Shown: in pieces, positions 21,130 through 32,158 of the stretch
Layout: every line of letters begins with the position of its first letter
How positions within the stretch are numbered: position 1 is the stretch's first letter
Assembly: GCA_008369845.1 (NCBI GenBank)
Contig: MRSU01000045.1
Span: 1 to 42,441, forward strand
Length of the DNA: 42,441 nt
From: Trichomonas gallinae
Lineage: Eukaryota
Direction of reading: 5' to 3'
Program-made: the position numbers and the translations under genes
Notes under the pieces: model-generated
Database searches by the model: none
Told to the model about the DNA's origin: nothing
The model's input: the letters and a program-made list of their open reading frames with translations, nothing else

Positions 21130-22869
21130 ATGCTTAGCTTACTTACTGTTTCAGCATTCAGCGAGTGTTCTGAGTATATAATCGCAAAAGATTCTGCATT
21201 CACACTTTCCAAAGATGAAACAAAATGTTATAATATTTACAATCTTTATATTCGTTCGAATAAACAAGAATTTACAATATCTCATGCTGATGATGATCCA
21301 ATTACAGTTGGTGCTAGTGTTGGTTACCAAGGAATATATGCTACAGAATCCTATGAAGAAGTGACCATAACATGCAAAGCAGACTCATGCGATTTTATAA
21401 CAGCAGCATCCCCTACACCATCAGGTGTTATTACACAAAAAGCTAAAAATCTTGTGCTATCTGATAAAGATGAAATATATACAGAACCAACGGAAGAAGT
21501 GAATATAGAATTAGGAATGCTTTATGCTAAAACATCAGGAGAAGTGCGTATTACAACAACCTCCGATATGAATTTATTTATTGTACCCATGAACTCAGAC
21601 GCGCCGGAGGAACCAGAAATAATAACAATTGAAGCTAATACACCAAAAACATACACTAGTTTCACAAATGGATTCTATTTAGTTGTTATAAATTCAAATA
21701 AAGGAGAAATTACCATTAATGCTGATGATCCAGCTTCTTCAGATGAAGACTTTGGCCCTAAAGTATTCACTTGGACTGCTGGCTTCACGGCTATTAAAAA
21801 TCTCAAAGACTTCGTCCATTTTGGCTCTGATTCAGGCTCCGGCTCCGATGATGGTTCAGGTTCTGGCTCCGATGAAGAAGATAATAAAATTACCAAGGAA
21901 GAAATAGCTACATTTGAAAAATACTACGGATCGTGCAAGACTCAATTTCCAAAAACAATATCTGATATGAAATATGTAAGGCTTGAAGTTCCTAAGGGAG
22001 AAAGGTTCTGTGGCGTTCATGGTTTCATAATTGGCACAAAACAAAAGTATATAGTGAAAGTTAATGATATTGCCAATGTAAATATGAGTAATTTCCCGGC
22101 TCGTAATGAGTCAATTTCAAAAATTGAATTCAGCACAAAGCCTTACACATACAAAAATCCAACAGTTGTTCCAAAAATGAAATGGAATATCTTCAGTGTT
22201 GAATGTGATTCATCAAATAGCCAGAACTGCACTTTCGATATTCTTGGTTTCCATCAGAATGATAAGGCTATTTTCCTTATCAATAGAGATGATAAAGAGT
22301 ATACATGGAAGCCAGATCACGGCCTCTTAAAATCCAGTGATCTATTTTCTTATTGGAACAAAAAAGCTAAAACATTGACATTCTCAGCAACCGAAGAATA
22401 TAAATTAAGCGCCAAAAATGGTGAATTTGATGAAAAGCTGACAACAGATAGAACATTTAAGACTACAGCTGATAATGGCAATACATTTATAATTACAGAG
22501 AGTGACGTTAAAGAAGTTCCTATTACGATCGAAGATACTAAAGTTATTGCTGCCGATGAATCAACAGATGACATAGCAATTCCACCAATGCTTGGAAGAC
22601 TTCCAAAGACTTCCACATCCTATGCTTTGAGTGCGAATGAAGTTAATAAAGAATATCAGAACCCAGGATCATACAATCCAGACAATAGTGAAGTTCGCGT
22701 TAAAGATGATGAGGATGATGACGGTCTCAGTGGTGGTGCAATTGTGGGAATTGTTATCGGAGTTATTGTTGTAGTTGTCATTATTGTGGTTGCCATCTGG
22801 TTCTCCGTCTTCCATAAGAAAGGATCTAAAGATAGCAGCAGCTCAAGCAGCAGTTCCAGCAATAATTAA
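21130..22869 (+). CDS. Putative type I single-pass surface protein with an internally duplicated ectodomain
   Basis: Short N-terminal signal (MLSLLTVSAFS), two similar Cys-containing halves separated by a GS/D linker, a TM helix 'GLSGGAIVGIVIGVIVVVVIIVVAIWFSVF' and a short Ser-rich tail. Confidence 0.85.
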   Translation: MLSLLTVSAFSECSEYIIAKDSAFTLSKDETKCYNIYNLYIRSNKQEFTISHADDDPITVGASVGYQGIYATESYEEVTITCKADSCDFITAASPTPSGVITQKAKNLVLSDKDEIYTEPTEEVNIELGMLYAKTSGEVRITTTSDMNLFIVPMNSDAPEEPEIITIEANTPKTYTSFTNGFYLVVINSNKGEITINADDPASSDEDFGPKVFTWTAGFTAIKNLKDFVHFGSDSGSGSDDGSGSGSDEEDNKITKEEIATFEKYYGSCKTQFPKTISDMKYVRLEVPKGERFCGVHGFIIGTKQKYIVKVNDIANVNMSNFPARNESISKIEFSTKPYTYKNPTVVPKMKWNIFSVECDSSNSQNCTFDILGFHQNDKAIFLINRDDKEYTWKPDHGLLKSSDLFSYWNKKAKTLTFSATEEYKLSAKNGEFDEKLTTDRTFKTTADNGNTFIITESDVKEVPITIEDTKVIAADESTDDIAIPPMLGRLPKTSTSYALSANEVNKEYQNPGSYNPDNSEVRVKDDEDDDGLSGGAIVGIVIGVIVVVVIIVVAIWFSVFHKKGSKDSSSSSSSSSNN

Positions 22870-24308
22870 AATTATGATTAATTTTTTTAGATAAGAATCA
22901 TTAATCTAATACAAATTAGGGATATGAAATGCATATTAGAATTCATATATTTCACATGAATTTTAAAAAAAAATTAATGTCACAACAATGAGTTTTATTT
23001 ATATCATGACCTTTATATTTTCATCATGACACAAATGAGATATAGTATAATGTAAAACAGCATAATAACATTCATCATGGAATAATATATGAATTATGAC
23101 TCATTGATATATAAAACTATATTGAGATAGTTGGCTTGAATATTTGTGTTAAATTAGATAAGAGTAAAAAGCTATAATAAAACCCATCAAAGAATAATCT
23201 CATTTTAAATAACAGTTTCAGACTATTTTATTATTTGAAATCATATATGTATATCTTATATATGCATAATCTTATGTGTTAATAGTCAATTATGGATTAA
23301 CTTCAGTTAGTCAAACAATAATTAACGAATTTTATAGCGAAATCATAGAATTAGCATCCAAACAAAGTTACCCTTTGTAATATTACATTAGAATTCGGTA
23401 TTGTGTTGATAATAACAATTTTGAATCTACAGGAAAACTGACACAATTTCACAGTATGGGTTAACATGTTTTGGTCAAATATATAGGCTTTCCGCGTGTA
23501 TAGAGGCTATTGCTAGAATTTTTGTGATAAAAAAGTTAAAATTCAAATTGGAAAAAATTGGGAGATAAAACTTTCAGCAATTAATTGATGGGAATCGCAT
23601 ATACTATCAATATATATTTTAATGGCAAAGTCTATAATTCAAATACAATCCAATGAATTTTGAAATGAATTTGATTTTATTCATTACATCCTAGCACATT
23701 CAAATATTTGCTATAATTTGAGTGGGTATGGCATTGCGTTTCCAAAATCTAAATATTCGCATATAAAAAAATTTTCGAACAATTTATTGTCGAAAAAATA
23801 GCAAATTAACCAAATCATTATTTCTTGATTGCCATTCCTAGCCATCTATTTCATGATTAAGCCTCAATATTAGCAATAAAATGATAGTTAGCAAAATTTT
23901 GTTTAAATAATTAGCAAAATCCATAACAAAGGCCATATAAAAGGGTCGCGATTTTAAGATGATTATTTTTACAATTTGCTTCTCAAAATATTACATTCAA
24001 AATTTGATTTCAGTTATTTATTGAAAATTTTAACGAGGTTTATAAATATTATTATTCTTTTATTATTGTTTCGATTTCTCAAAAAATAGTTATTGCTCTC
24101 AAAACTTTGCAACGTAAATGATCAGATGAATATTAATCTATGATGTGTTTTAAAGCATTTGACGTAAGCCGTAAAATTTACTACAATTCTGAATATACAT
24201 TCAAATAATTCAATGTGTTTATACCCGAATAAAGAATGCATGCATTATAGTTTTATAGTCATATTTGAAAACAAAATGAATTGAAAGTAATTGAAATAAG
24301 AAAAAATA

Positions 24309-24313
24309 TCATT
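24309..24313 (+). promoter_or_regulatory. Inr element TCATT
   Basis: ATATCATTTTTATATTATG, just upstream of ATG 24322. Confidence 0.6.
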
Positions 24314-24321
24314 TTTATATT

Positions 24322-25251
24322 ATGAATACAGAAGAAACTGAGTTCTTTAAAGCGCAGGGCATTGAGATCGAGAGTAATATTGCCAAGGGAGGATTTGGAC
24401 AGCTCTTCCTTGTGTACTCGCATAAATATAATGCAAAGTTTGCAATGAAAAGAGTTCCTCTTAAATGCTTCAATAGAAACGAGATAGAGTGTTTAAAGCG
24501 TGTCGACCATGTTGGCATAATCGATCTCTACCAGTACTATATATTCGAAGAGAATGTTTACCTTCTCATGGAATATTGTCCAACAGATTTATTCCATTTG
24601 TTCAAGAATGAAGATGAAATCAGTGATGACCTTCTCGCTAAGTATATCAGAGACATCCTCATCGCTATTAAAGCCTGCCATGACATAAATATCGCTCACA
24701 ACGATATTAAACCATCAAACTTTCTCATAGACAGATATGGAAGAATCAAAGTTTGCGATTTCGGTCTCTCGAGATGCTACGAGGAAAATCAGCTCTCTAG
24801 CACCTTCAAGGGAACATTGTTATTCATGGCACCAGAATTACTCAAGAAAATCGAGTTTAATGCAATCAAAGCTGACATATGGGCTTTAGGTGTTACATTT
24901 TTCTACATGGCTACAAGAACTTACCCATTTCTCGGTTCTTGCGGCGATATGTGCTTGAAATTGATCAAGGAAGGAAATTATCCATTGTTTGCAGTTAGAA
25001 ATCCATTATTAAGGCAACTTATCGGTAAGTGCTTAGCTGTTAACCCAGAAGAGCGTCCATCAATTGATGAATTGCTCAAACTCCCATATTTCAAGGGATA
25101 TGAAACACACTGCTCATATAAGCTGCTTCCAAATGCAGTCCGTGCTACAAAGCCAATCATTAAGCCAAAATGCAATTCAGTCAAACCAATCATCTCAAGA
25201 TTATCTGTTATACCATGCAAGAGATGCATCCTTGTATCTCCTCGTGAATAA
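24322..25251 (+). CDS. Ser/Thr protein kinase, CAMK-like, non-RD
   Basis: Carries AKGGFG, FAMK, HNDIKPSN, DFG, GTLLFMAPE, DIWALGV and RPS motifs. Confidence 0.95.
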   Translation: MNTEETEFFKAQGIEIESNIAKGGFGQLFLVYSHKYNAKFAMKRVPLKCFNRNEIECLKRVDHVGIIDLYQYYIFEENVYLLMEYCPTDLFHLFKNEDEISDDLLAKYIRDILIAIKACHDINIAHNDIKPSNFLIDRYGRIKVCDFGLSRCYEENQLSSTFKGTLLFMAPELLKKIEFNAIKADIWALGVTFFYMATRTYPFLGSCGDMCLKLIKEGNYPLFAVRNPLLRQLIGKCLAVNPEERPSIDELLKLPYFKGYETHCSYKLLPNAVRATKPIIKPKCNSVKPIISRLSVIPCKRCILVSPRE

Positions 25252-25791
25252 TTTACCATGCATTGTTTATTATAAATAAATACCATGAATTATTTTTTGA
25301 ATTTCACCGAAAACAATATTTCAATACTGAATATAAAGTATCCTTATTCTATACGCAAAATGATAGTTATTTGCTGTTCTAATAGTTTGAAAACTTTCGA
25401 TTTTATTGTATATAATTACAATTTAAGTGAAATCATTGCTTCAAGCTAAGATAATGAACGATATCAATTTTTATCTTCACATATGTTTTGTTTATTATAA
25501 ATACAAGAAATAAAAAAAAATCGAAAAATATCATTAATGATATCTTCTCATAGTGCATTAGATTGCTCATTAAATCTCCTTTGAATTCTGTTCCTTAGTT
25601 AAATTCTTCAAAAACTCTAAACAAAAAAATAAGTTAAATATATAAATTTTTGTGCATTTAAAATGATATGAGGAGTATTATTGCTTTGAAACTATCTGTT
25701 TATCAATTAAAAAATACGATATTAGTCCTACTATGTTGAAATTTTTTTAGTTAAGTTATTGATATTATACACAATATTATTTAATCGTGTT

Positions 25792-27669
25792 TTACCGATT
25801 TATTCTCTGATATATCATGATAGACCTGTAATATCGTATCGGCTTCCATTTCCTGCTGTTTGAATCGGGTTTGAAAACAATTTCATCGAATCCTTTCCTA
25901 ACTGCTACATAAGACACATTATATCTGTCGATTTCATCTGTATTCTCCGGATTTCTTCCTAGGTCTTGTATAATTCGCATCCTCTTCGCTTCAGGCAGGT
26001 TATGCGAAGCAAGCCAGCCTCTGTAGCCGAGAAGAACCTGCCTGCCAGCGAGACAGACAATCGGATTGCGGTGATCACTGTCTGTTATCCACACGGAATC
26101 ATGAGGAGTTTGTGTTATGACAAAATTAGCGATTTCGTATTCTTCACCTCTCTTCGGCCAAAGATCGTAAACGTTCTGGAAGCAGATACTTACTGAAATA
26201 AAGCCACTCGCAATGCAAAAGATGAATGTTACTGCAGCAACAACATATCCAAAGTGTTTGAACTTCATCAGAGAAACTAAGTAAAGCGAAACTCCGGCAC
26301 ATGCCAATGGTATATACGCAGCATTGAATACTTTTGTGTTATCTAGTGACCAAGGCTGATACCAGATGACGTTCGATATCCAGAAGACGAATATGGAAGG
26401 AATGTAGAAGCAGAGCTCATTTCCTTTCAATATTATTGGCACGTGGACCATAGATAAGACGAAGAAGGCGCCTAAAGCGTACCACCATAATCTTATGAAT
26501 CCGCTCTTCTGTATTTCTCTGTAAATCGGCGCGAAAGTGAAGAATCCTTGCGATGAAGATCTCTCGAAGTAAGGCATGAACTGAGGGACACCGACAGAAA
26601 TCGCTATAACTCCCAAAACGAAATAGTTCCTTACTAGCTTCAAAATATTCCGCTTTTTGACGCGCGACAACTGAATTAAACCGAAACAAGAGCCCCACTC
26701 CATCAAAGCGATGATAGAGTGTGGGTGTACCTGCGGCAAGATGCCTACTATGAAGGCAACAGCTATGTATGGAGAAATATCCATGTTGTTCATAGTCGAC
26801 ATCAAAATTGCGATTGATCCCCATGCCAAAGGAATTGAGAACAAAGAAGCACGTTGTGGTAATAATATATGGACAACAGTTTGGAACCAGAACTCTTCCT
26901 GATCTTTGCCCCAGTAATGGACGAAATCAATATTCCATTCGCCTCTAATTGTAGGATCTAGATAATTCGTGAAGCCGAGGCCACCTGTGAATAGAAATAA
27001 ATACGGAGCAATGCAGCAAGCAAGCTCACTCTTTGAGATTCTGTAAGTTATATTCGTTAAAATAACAAACAATGAGAAAACATAAACAATAGAAGGATAA
27101 ACCGCACTATCATGTATAGATGAATTAAAGCATGAAATCAAAACAGCTGCATAGTAATTAGGTATAAATGGATATGCTAATTTTTCATGAGCGTAGAATG
27201 GCGACAAAATATCAAATAAACTCTTTCTATATTTGTTGCATCCATACACAAAAGATGTTATAAGGTTCATATGGAAAGGAAAATCGCCATATGCAGCTCC
27301 CATTGTTTCATGTCCGTTGTGCAACAAGCCAAACCATAGCAAATATGTTACTACTAATGATGGTATTATAGTTCCAAGTGCGTATGTTAAAATTTTTAAT
27401 GGTTTTGGCGAAATTATTTTTCTTTTCATTCGAAAAACTGTGAGAAGAGCTGAAATAATAAGTAAAATTACATTATGAGCTAATCCGTATATCATTGATA
27501 GTGGAATTTTCAACGAAGAAATGAAAAATATCCATGTCGATAAATGAATTCCAAATGTAGCGCCAATAGCCATGCGCATGAGAACATCAAACTGCTTTTG
27601 AAGTAGCAGCGACATTATTTCGAAGCCGAAATAAGATGCGCAAAAAATTGCAAAAAATTGAAAAATCAT
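25792..27669 (-). CDS. Polytopic membrane protein, putative GT-C-fold glycosyltransferase
   Basis: About 12 hydrophobic segments. The first large loop has 'YGDFPFHMNLITSF...PFYAHEKLAYPF'; other conserved-looking blocks are 'LLPQRASLF' and 'QPWSLDNTK'. The soluble C-terminal domain reads 'TPHDSVW...LAGRQVLLGYRGWLASH...YNVSYV'. This layout is typical of GT-C enzymes. Confidence 0.65.
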   Translation of the reverse strand: MIFQFFAIFCASYFGFEIMSLLLQKQFDVLMRMAIGATFGIHLSTWIFFISSLKIPLSMIYGLAHNVILLIISALLTVFRMKRKIISPKPLKILTYALGTIIPSLVVTYLLWFGLLHNGHETMGAAYGDFPFHMNLITSFVYGCNKYRKSLFDILSPFYAHEKLAYPFIPNYYAAVLISCFNSSIHDSAVYPSIVYVFSLFVILTNITYRISKSELACCIAPYLFLFTGGLGFTNYLDPTIRGEWNIDFVHYWGKDQEEFWFQTVVHILLPQRASLFSIPLAWGSIAILMSTMNNMDISPYIAVAFIVGILPQVHPHSIIALMEWGSCFGLIQLSRVKKRNILKLVRNYFVLGVIAISVGVPQFMPYFERSSSQGFFTFAPIYREIQKSGFIRLWWYALGAFFVLSMVHVPIILKGNELCFYIPSIFVFWISNVIWYQPWSLDNTKVFNAAYIPLACAGVSLYLVSLMKFKHFGYVVAAVTFIFCIASGFISVSICFQNVYDLWPKRGEEYEIANFVITQTPHDSVWITDSDHRNPIVCLAGRQVLLGYRGWLASHNLPEAKRMRIIQDLGRNPENTDEIDRYNVSYVAVRKGFDEIVFKPDSNSRKWKPIRYYRSIMIYQRINR

Positions 27670-27688
27670 AAAAAAATAATGTCAAAAA

Positions 27689-27699
27689 TGTCATGTAAA
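27689..27699 (-). promoter_or_regulatory. TTTACATGACA upstream motif
   Basis: Plus strand TGTCATGTAAA, ~20 bp upstream of ATG 27669, flanked by additional TGTCA half-sites. Confidence 0.45.
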
Positions 27700-28284
27700 A
27701 TTATTTTATTGTCAAAAATTAAAATTAATTTTCTTAATTCCTATCATTGTTTGTCTCTATACATGATAATCCACGAAAAATTAATCATCTCCGCTTACTT
27801 ACGATAACAAGCAAGAATCTGCAAAAAGAACATCAAATTTTCATTTGTTAAATAAAAAAACGTAAAATGTCTAAACTACAAATACTCACAAAAGCATAAT
27901 ACAACATAATAGGTTAGCTGATCAATCAAAATTTATTATTCCAAATAGTATTTCACAAATTGCAAACAAATAGAAAAAGAAACGAAATTAGCAACAGTAT
28001 ATTCAGAACTTACATAAAGCTGAAAGTAGTGTGAGAAAACAAACAGATACAAATATTAAATATAAAAAAATCAATTTGGATTCTTCGTGTTTTGATATTG
28101 ATACATAGAGAATAATGAAATTATACATATGTATAACATATTACTTAAAAACTATCCTATAACTCTCTTAAAAATTAAAAATAAAAATATCAAATAAATG
28201 ATATTGCAGCAATAGATTATGATTGATTAATAAAATGAAAAGAGATAATTAATGCTTTTTATATATAAACAGACACAAAAAAAA

Positions 28285-31128
28285 TTAATTTAATATTTTG
28301 ATAGATTGGTTATTGTTGCGCTGTATGAATTTCTGCAATTCATTTTGTGTTAATGTCAAGAATAGCTCCGGGCTCTTGCTGTAGCGTGTGAGCTCATCGA
28401 TGTTGTCGAATTCTTGCAGTCTCGCGTATCTAGATCCGAGGAACAAGAAGTAATTAAACTCTTCTATTTCTGTTGTAATCATAGACATGATCCTTGACTC
28501 AGTCAAGTCGAATGTCTCTCCCTCATTGATAGACATCAGGAACGGTGAAAGGAACGCGCCGGCCATAGGATTCTGAGGATTGATTGAGAAAGCGATAGGT
28601 AATAATTTCTTGCCTATTTGATCTTCTGGAACAACTTCTGCGCGAATTGTTTTGTTGACGATTTGAGAAACATTATCGTCATTGGAGAAGATCTTTGTGA
28701 TCCTGCAGTGGTTGATCTCGATGATGCGCATTATCTTTTCAGACTTGAAAACTTTGTTGGAGACTTGTTTCAAAAGATCAGACAACTTCATGTTGACTGA
28801 AACTTCACCGGAAAACGTATCTTGCTTGTCGAACATATCATTGCAAACGTCAAATGAAACATTGATCAATGAATCTACTTCGGCCTGTGTTTTTCCTTTG
28901 ATTAATTTCGTGAAGCATCTGATCTTCATGAATTGGCTGAATTGCTCTTTAACATCGAGCGCTTCTCTCAGCTTCGATGACTGCTTCGTGTTGAGAATGT
29001 CACTGTCTTCTTTCGCGTATATGGCAACTCCATCTTCATTGCTGATTCCCTTCGATTTCCTAATGCACATGATCAAAATCTTCAAAGGCATGATGTCGGG
29101 CATCTCAATCGTAATGTCGTCGCCGATTCCGCTGACTACTACGTGGACGCACCTCTTCACGTGGTTGATGAACCTCGGGACTGTGTCTAAAACAATCTCC
29201 GGGATCAAGTTCCTGATCTTTAGGATTGATTTATCTTCGTTTTCATTCAACAACTCTTCCTTGATTTCGACGCTCAATTCGTCTGGCTGGAAGATGAGTC
29301 TGTGGGCTTCTATCTCCGAGAGCCACTTGTCGCTCTTGATCTGGTTGCCGTCACCATCGAAGCAAGAGAGGCTCGTGGATTCTGGGATTCCGACGAGTTC
29401 GCAGATTGTTTGGCCAAGAAGTTTGACGCTTTTTGCCTCGTTAAACGGTTTGAAGCCCAAGTCGATCATCTTCGTGTTCTTTCTCGAGAAGAAAGCGATG
29501 TCGAAAACCTTTGGCTTGGCGATTGACTTCGTGTCGAAGTCGGCTTCGTAGATAGCTGCACTTCTCTCGAAGTACTCAGAGATCTGCTTCTTGGGGTCGA
29601 GAAGTTCAATCGGGAAATTTTGTCCGTCAACTTTCCACAGTTCTTTCTGGCTGAGCTCCTGTACAAAAGCCGTCTTCTTAACGAGAACGCGCTTGTCTGT
29701 GTTGGCGAATCTGACGGCTATCATCGAAGGATCTAAGTCTTCCCTCTTTTCTTCGTAGTAGTCCTTCAAAAACTTCGGGATGTCGAATGATTCATCCATG
29801 ACCCACTTTGCTTCGCTTCTCTTCACGTAGCAAAGGTAGTACGCGTGGTGTCCGCTGCGTGCGTCTCCGTAATTGCCTTCGACTGCCTCTTTTTCGCTGA
29901 CGGATTCGACCTTTTCGTCGTTGAATTTGAACCATTTGTCGCCGGACTTGCAGAAAGCGATGTAGTGGCCGCCCCAGCTGCCGCCCAAGTGCACAAGGAC
30001 CGCGAGAAGGTCGTATTCGGCCGGTCCATTGCTGTTAGTGTATGGACCCAAGTCGAGGAATGCAGGGTATTCGTATCTATCTGTTACTTTCTCCATTCCT
30101 GTCGATGATGTCATCGAATACTGGAATCTGACGAGGTGGAACATGAGAATTGGTGGGAGACGCTTAAGACGTGTAGATCTGATCGCATCTTCCTTGTGTC
30201 CTGCTTCGACTTCGTATTGATTATCTCCTGTGAATAATTCATCTTCGCAGATCTCTGCCAAACTCTCGTAAACATCTTTCTTTCCCTTCACTGTTAATGT
30301 GAGGTCGTAGAAAATCTCTGGAGTTTCCTTCTTGAACTCTGAATTAACGCATTTGATTTGGACTGCTGTTTCTCCTGAAAGAAGCGAGCCAAGTTGGCCT
30401 CTGAGCTCGGTTTTGTTGAGCTTCTCTTCAAGATTGTCGAGTAAGACGCGGATAAACTCTTGAATATCGTGCTGCATGAACGCATCTTGGTTTGTCCAGC
30501 CGAAAGACTTGATTAGATCAGTAGTCGTTGGTGATGTTGGTGACAGCTGAAGAAGGGTAAATAACTGCTGAAGCGCCAAAGGAATTCCTGTAGAATTCGG
30601 GATTGAAAATATTAATTTGCGAAAAGCAGGAATATAGAAGAGCATTTCAAGCACAGAGTTCATGTAGCATGTAGAGGCCTGATTTACGAGGCCGACATGG
30701 CCAGTTAACTCGCGATAGTTTATAGAAACTGGTTTTGGTGGTGAAGCCTTTGTATATTCGATTGTGACATCAATTCCGAGCTTTCCTTTGTTCCATACGC
30801 GTGTCACATCCTTTTCTGGTATGCCTTCAGTGATGATATGCGTTTTAGATTCATTTGTAAAATATGCTTGAAAATCTTTCATGATATATGGCTTTTTGTG
30901 CAATAATTTGACTTTGATAGTAACCATGTGACCCATAGGTGGTGGATTTAGGCACTCAACTCCAATAAAATACATGCCTTCTTTAAATACTCCAGGAACT
31001 AAGCAGAGAAAGCGATAATAAAGATTGCCAACTTGGAAGTTGCTTGATCTAGCGCATTTCTCTGTTAGTTTGTTTAAGGCGGGAGTGTCCCATATCTTAT
31101 GAAACTTGTATGGCGCGATCTCAGTCAT
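28285..31128 (-). CDS. Ubiquitin-specific protease (C19), USP7/UBP15-like, ~947 aa
   Basis: Cys box GLVNQASTCYMNS, QHDIQEF, His box VHLGGSWGGHY and WFKFNDE. It has a MATH-like N-terminus and a USP7-like C-terminal block 'PFLMSINEGETF'. The start is placed at ATG 31128, preceded by Inr-like TCATA, rather than the track's non-ATG 31209. Confidence 0.92.
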   Translation of the reverse strand: MTEIAPYKFHKIWDTPALNKLTEKCARSSNFQVGNLYYRFLCLVPGVFKEGMYFIGVECLNPPPMGHMVTIKVKLLHKKPYIMKDFQAYFTNESKTHIITEGIPEKDVTRVWNKGKLGIDVTIEYTKASPPKPVSINYRELTGHVGLVNQASTCYMNSVLEMLFYIPAFRKLIFSIPNSTGIPLALQQLFTLLQLSPTSPTTTDLIKSFGWTNQDAFMQHDIQEFIRVLLDNLEEKLNKTELRGQLGSLLSGETAVQIKCVNSEFKKETPEIFYDLTLTVKGKKDVYESLAEICEDELFTGDNQYEVEAGHKEDAIRSTRLKRLPPILMFHLVRFQYSMTSSTGMEKVTDRYEYPAFLDLGPYTNSNGPAEYDLLAVLVHLGGSWGGHYIAFCKSGDKWFKFNDEKVESVSEKEAVEGNYGDARSGHHAYYLCYVKRSEAKWVMDESFDIPKFLKDYYEEKREDLDPSMIAVRFANTDKRVLVKKTAFVQELSQKELWKVDGQNFPIELLDPKKQISEYFERSAAIYEADFDTKSIAKPKVFDIAFFSRKNTKMIDLGFKPFNEAKSVKLLGQTICELVGIPESTSLSCFDGDGNQIKSDKWLSEIEAHRLIFQPDELSVEIKEELLNENEDKSILKIRNLIPEIVLDTVPRFINHVKRCVHVVVSGIGDDITIEMPDIMPLKILIMCIRKSKGISNEDGVAIYAKEDSDILNTKQSSKLREALDVKEQFSQFMKIRCFTKLIKGKTQAEVDSLINVSFDVCNDMFDKQDTFSGEVSVNMKLSDLLKQVSNKVFKSEKIMRIIEINHCRITKIFSNDDNVSQIVNKTIRAEVVPEDQIGKKLLPIAFSINPQNPMAGAFLSPFLMSINEGETFDLTESRIMSMITTEIEEFNYFLFLGSRYARLQEFDNIDELTRYSKSPELFLTLTQNELQKFIQRNNNQSIKILN

Positions 31129-31719
31129 TATACTTATGAAGGGTCTGATAAAAATATGCAGGGGATGAATCATCTTTGAAATTAGTAATATAAACATCAG
31201 ACTTATCACACAAAAATTGGGAATTTGCTATCGAAACATTAAAAAAACGATATTTTTCAATAGATTAATTAAATCGAAAATCAATGAGAAAATAATAAAC
31301 AGCTTATGTGATTCTTGATTTAGCAAACTAGATAAAAATATATTTCACATCAAGAATGATTTAATCATGTAGATTGCATAATATTAAAATAACTTCATGT
31401 GATGGCTTTGCAAATATTAATGATAATAGTGCAGAATGTAATTTGGAATGAAATCATGAATTGAGATAAGACATAGAATTTTTCAATGAGTTCAATCAAA
31501 TTTATTAATACAAAAAGAGGAAAGAAACTATTCCTCATCAATTCAAAATTGAATGTCAATTTTATCGTCCGTGCCTATCCTGAACCTAATAGAAATCTCT
31601 GTTGATATATTGTCAGGGAATGGATGGGGAAAAAATTCGTTCTAAAACACCATGAACAATTATCGCTCAATTCATTGTAAATATGATTGAAACAAAAAAA
31701 TTAGCATAATTATTTATTA

Positions 31720-32158
31720 AGATGCAAATGAAATAGTTATAGGATTTGATGAATCTGAATAAATAACGTTTTTCAGATTGCTAAATCCGTTGAAAACATG
31801 AATTTAATGTAAATCTCTCTAAAGAAGTGCAACCAGCAAAAGCATATTCATCAATATAGCCACCAGTCGTTATACTTGTAAATAAAATACTTTGTAACTT
31901 ATGAAGATTTACGAAGGCAGATTTGCCAATTATATAAACAGTGTTTGATGACACTTCTAATAATTCTCTAGGTCTTCCATCAAAAGCAGAATATGGCAAA
32001 TCTTCGAAGTCATCAATTCTCTACCTGGCTCCATCTAAAGTTAGAGAAACTAGAGCTTCCACTTGAGCATTAAGCAAATATTCTAAGATCACCTCCGTAC
32101 GTATGTGTGATTGAAAAGAAAGGATATCATCGAGAGTAGATCATTGTTGGTGCTTCAT
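31720..32158 (-). pseudogene. BspA-like (TpLRR) surface protein pseudogene fragment
   Basis: TpLRR units 'IGKSAFVNLHKLQSILF' and 'IDEYAFAGCTSLERFTL'. The same frame upstream is interrupted by stops (...LTLDGAR*RIDDFEDLPYSAF; MKHQQ*ST...), and LRR-like sequence appears to continue in another frame downstream (SNLKNVIYSDS). Boundaries are approximate. Confidence 0.7.

Noticed and set aside
28682..29551. 289-aa plus-strand ORF
   Set aside because: It is an antisense mirror of the USP gene with no independent features.
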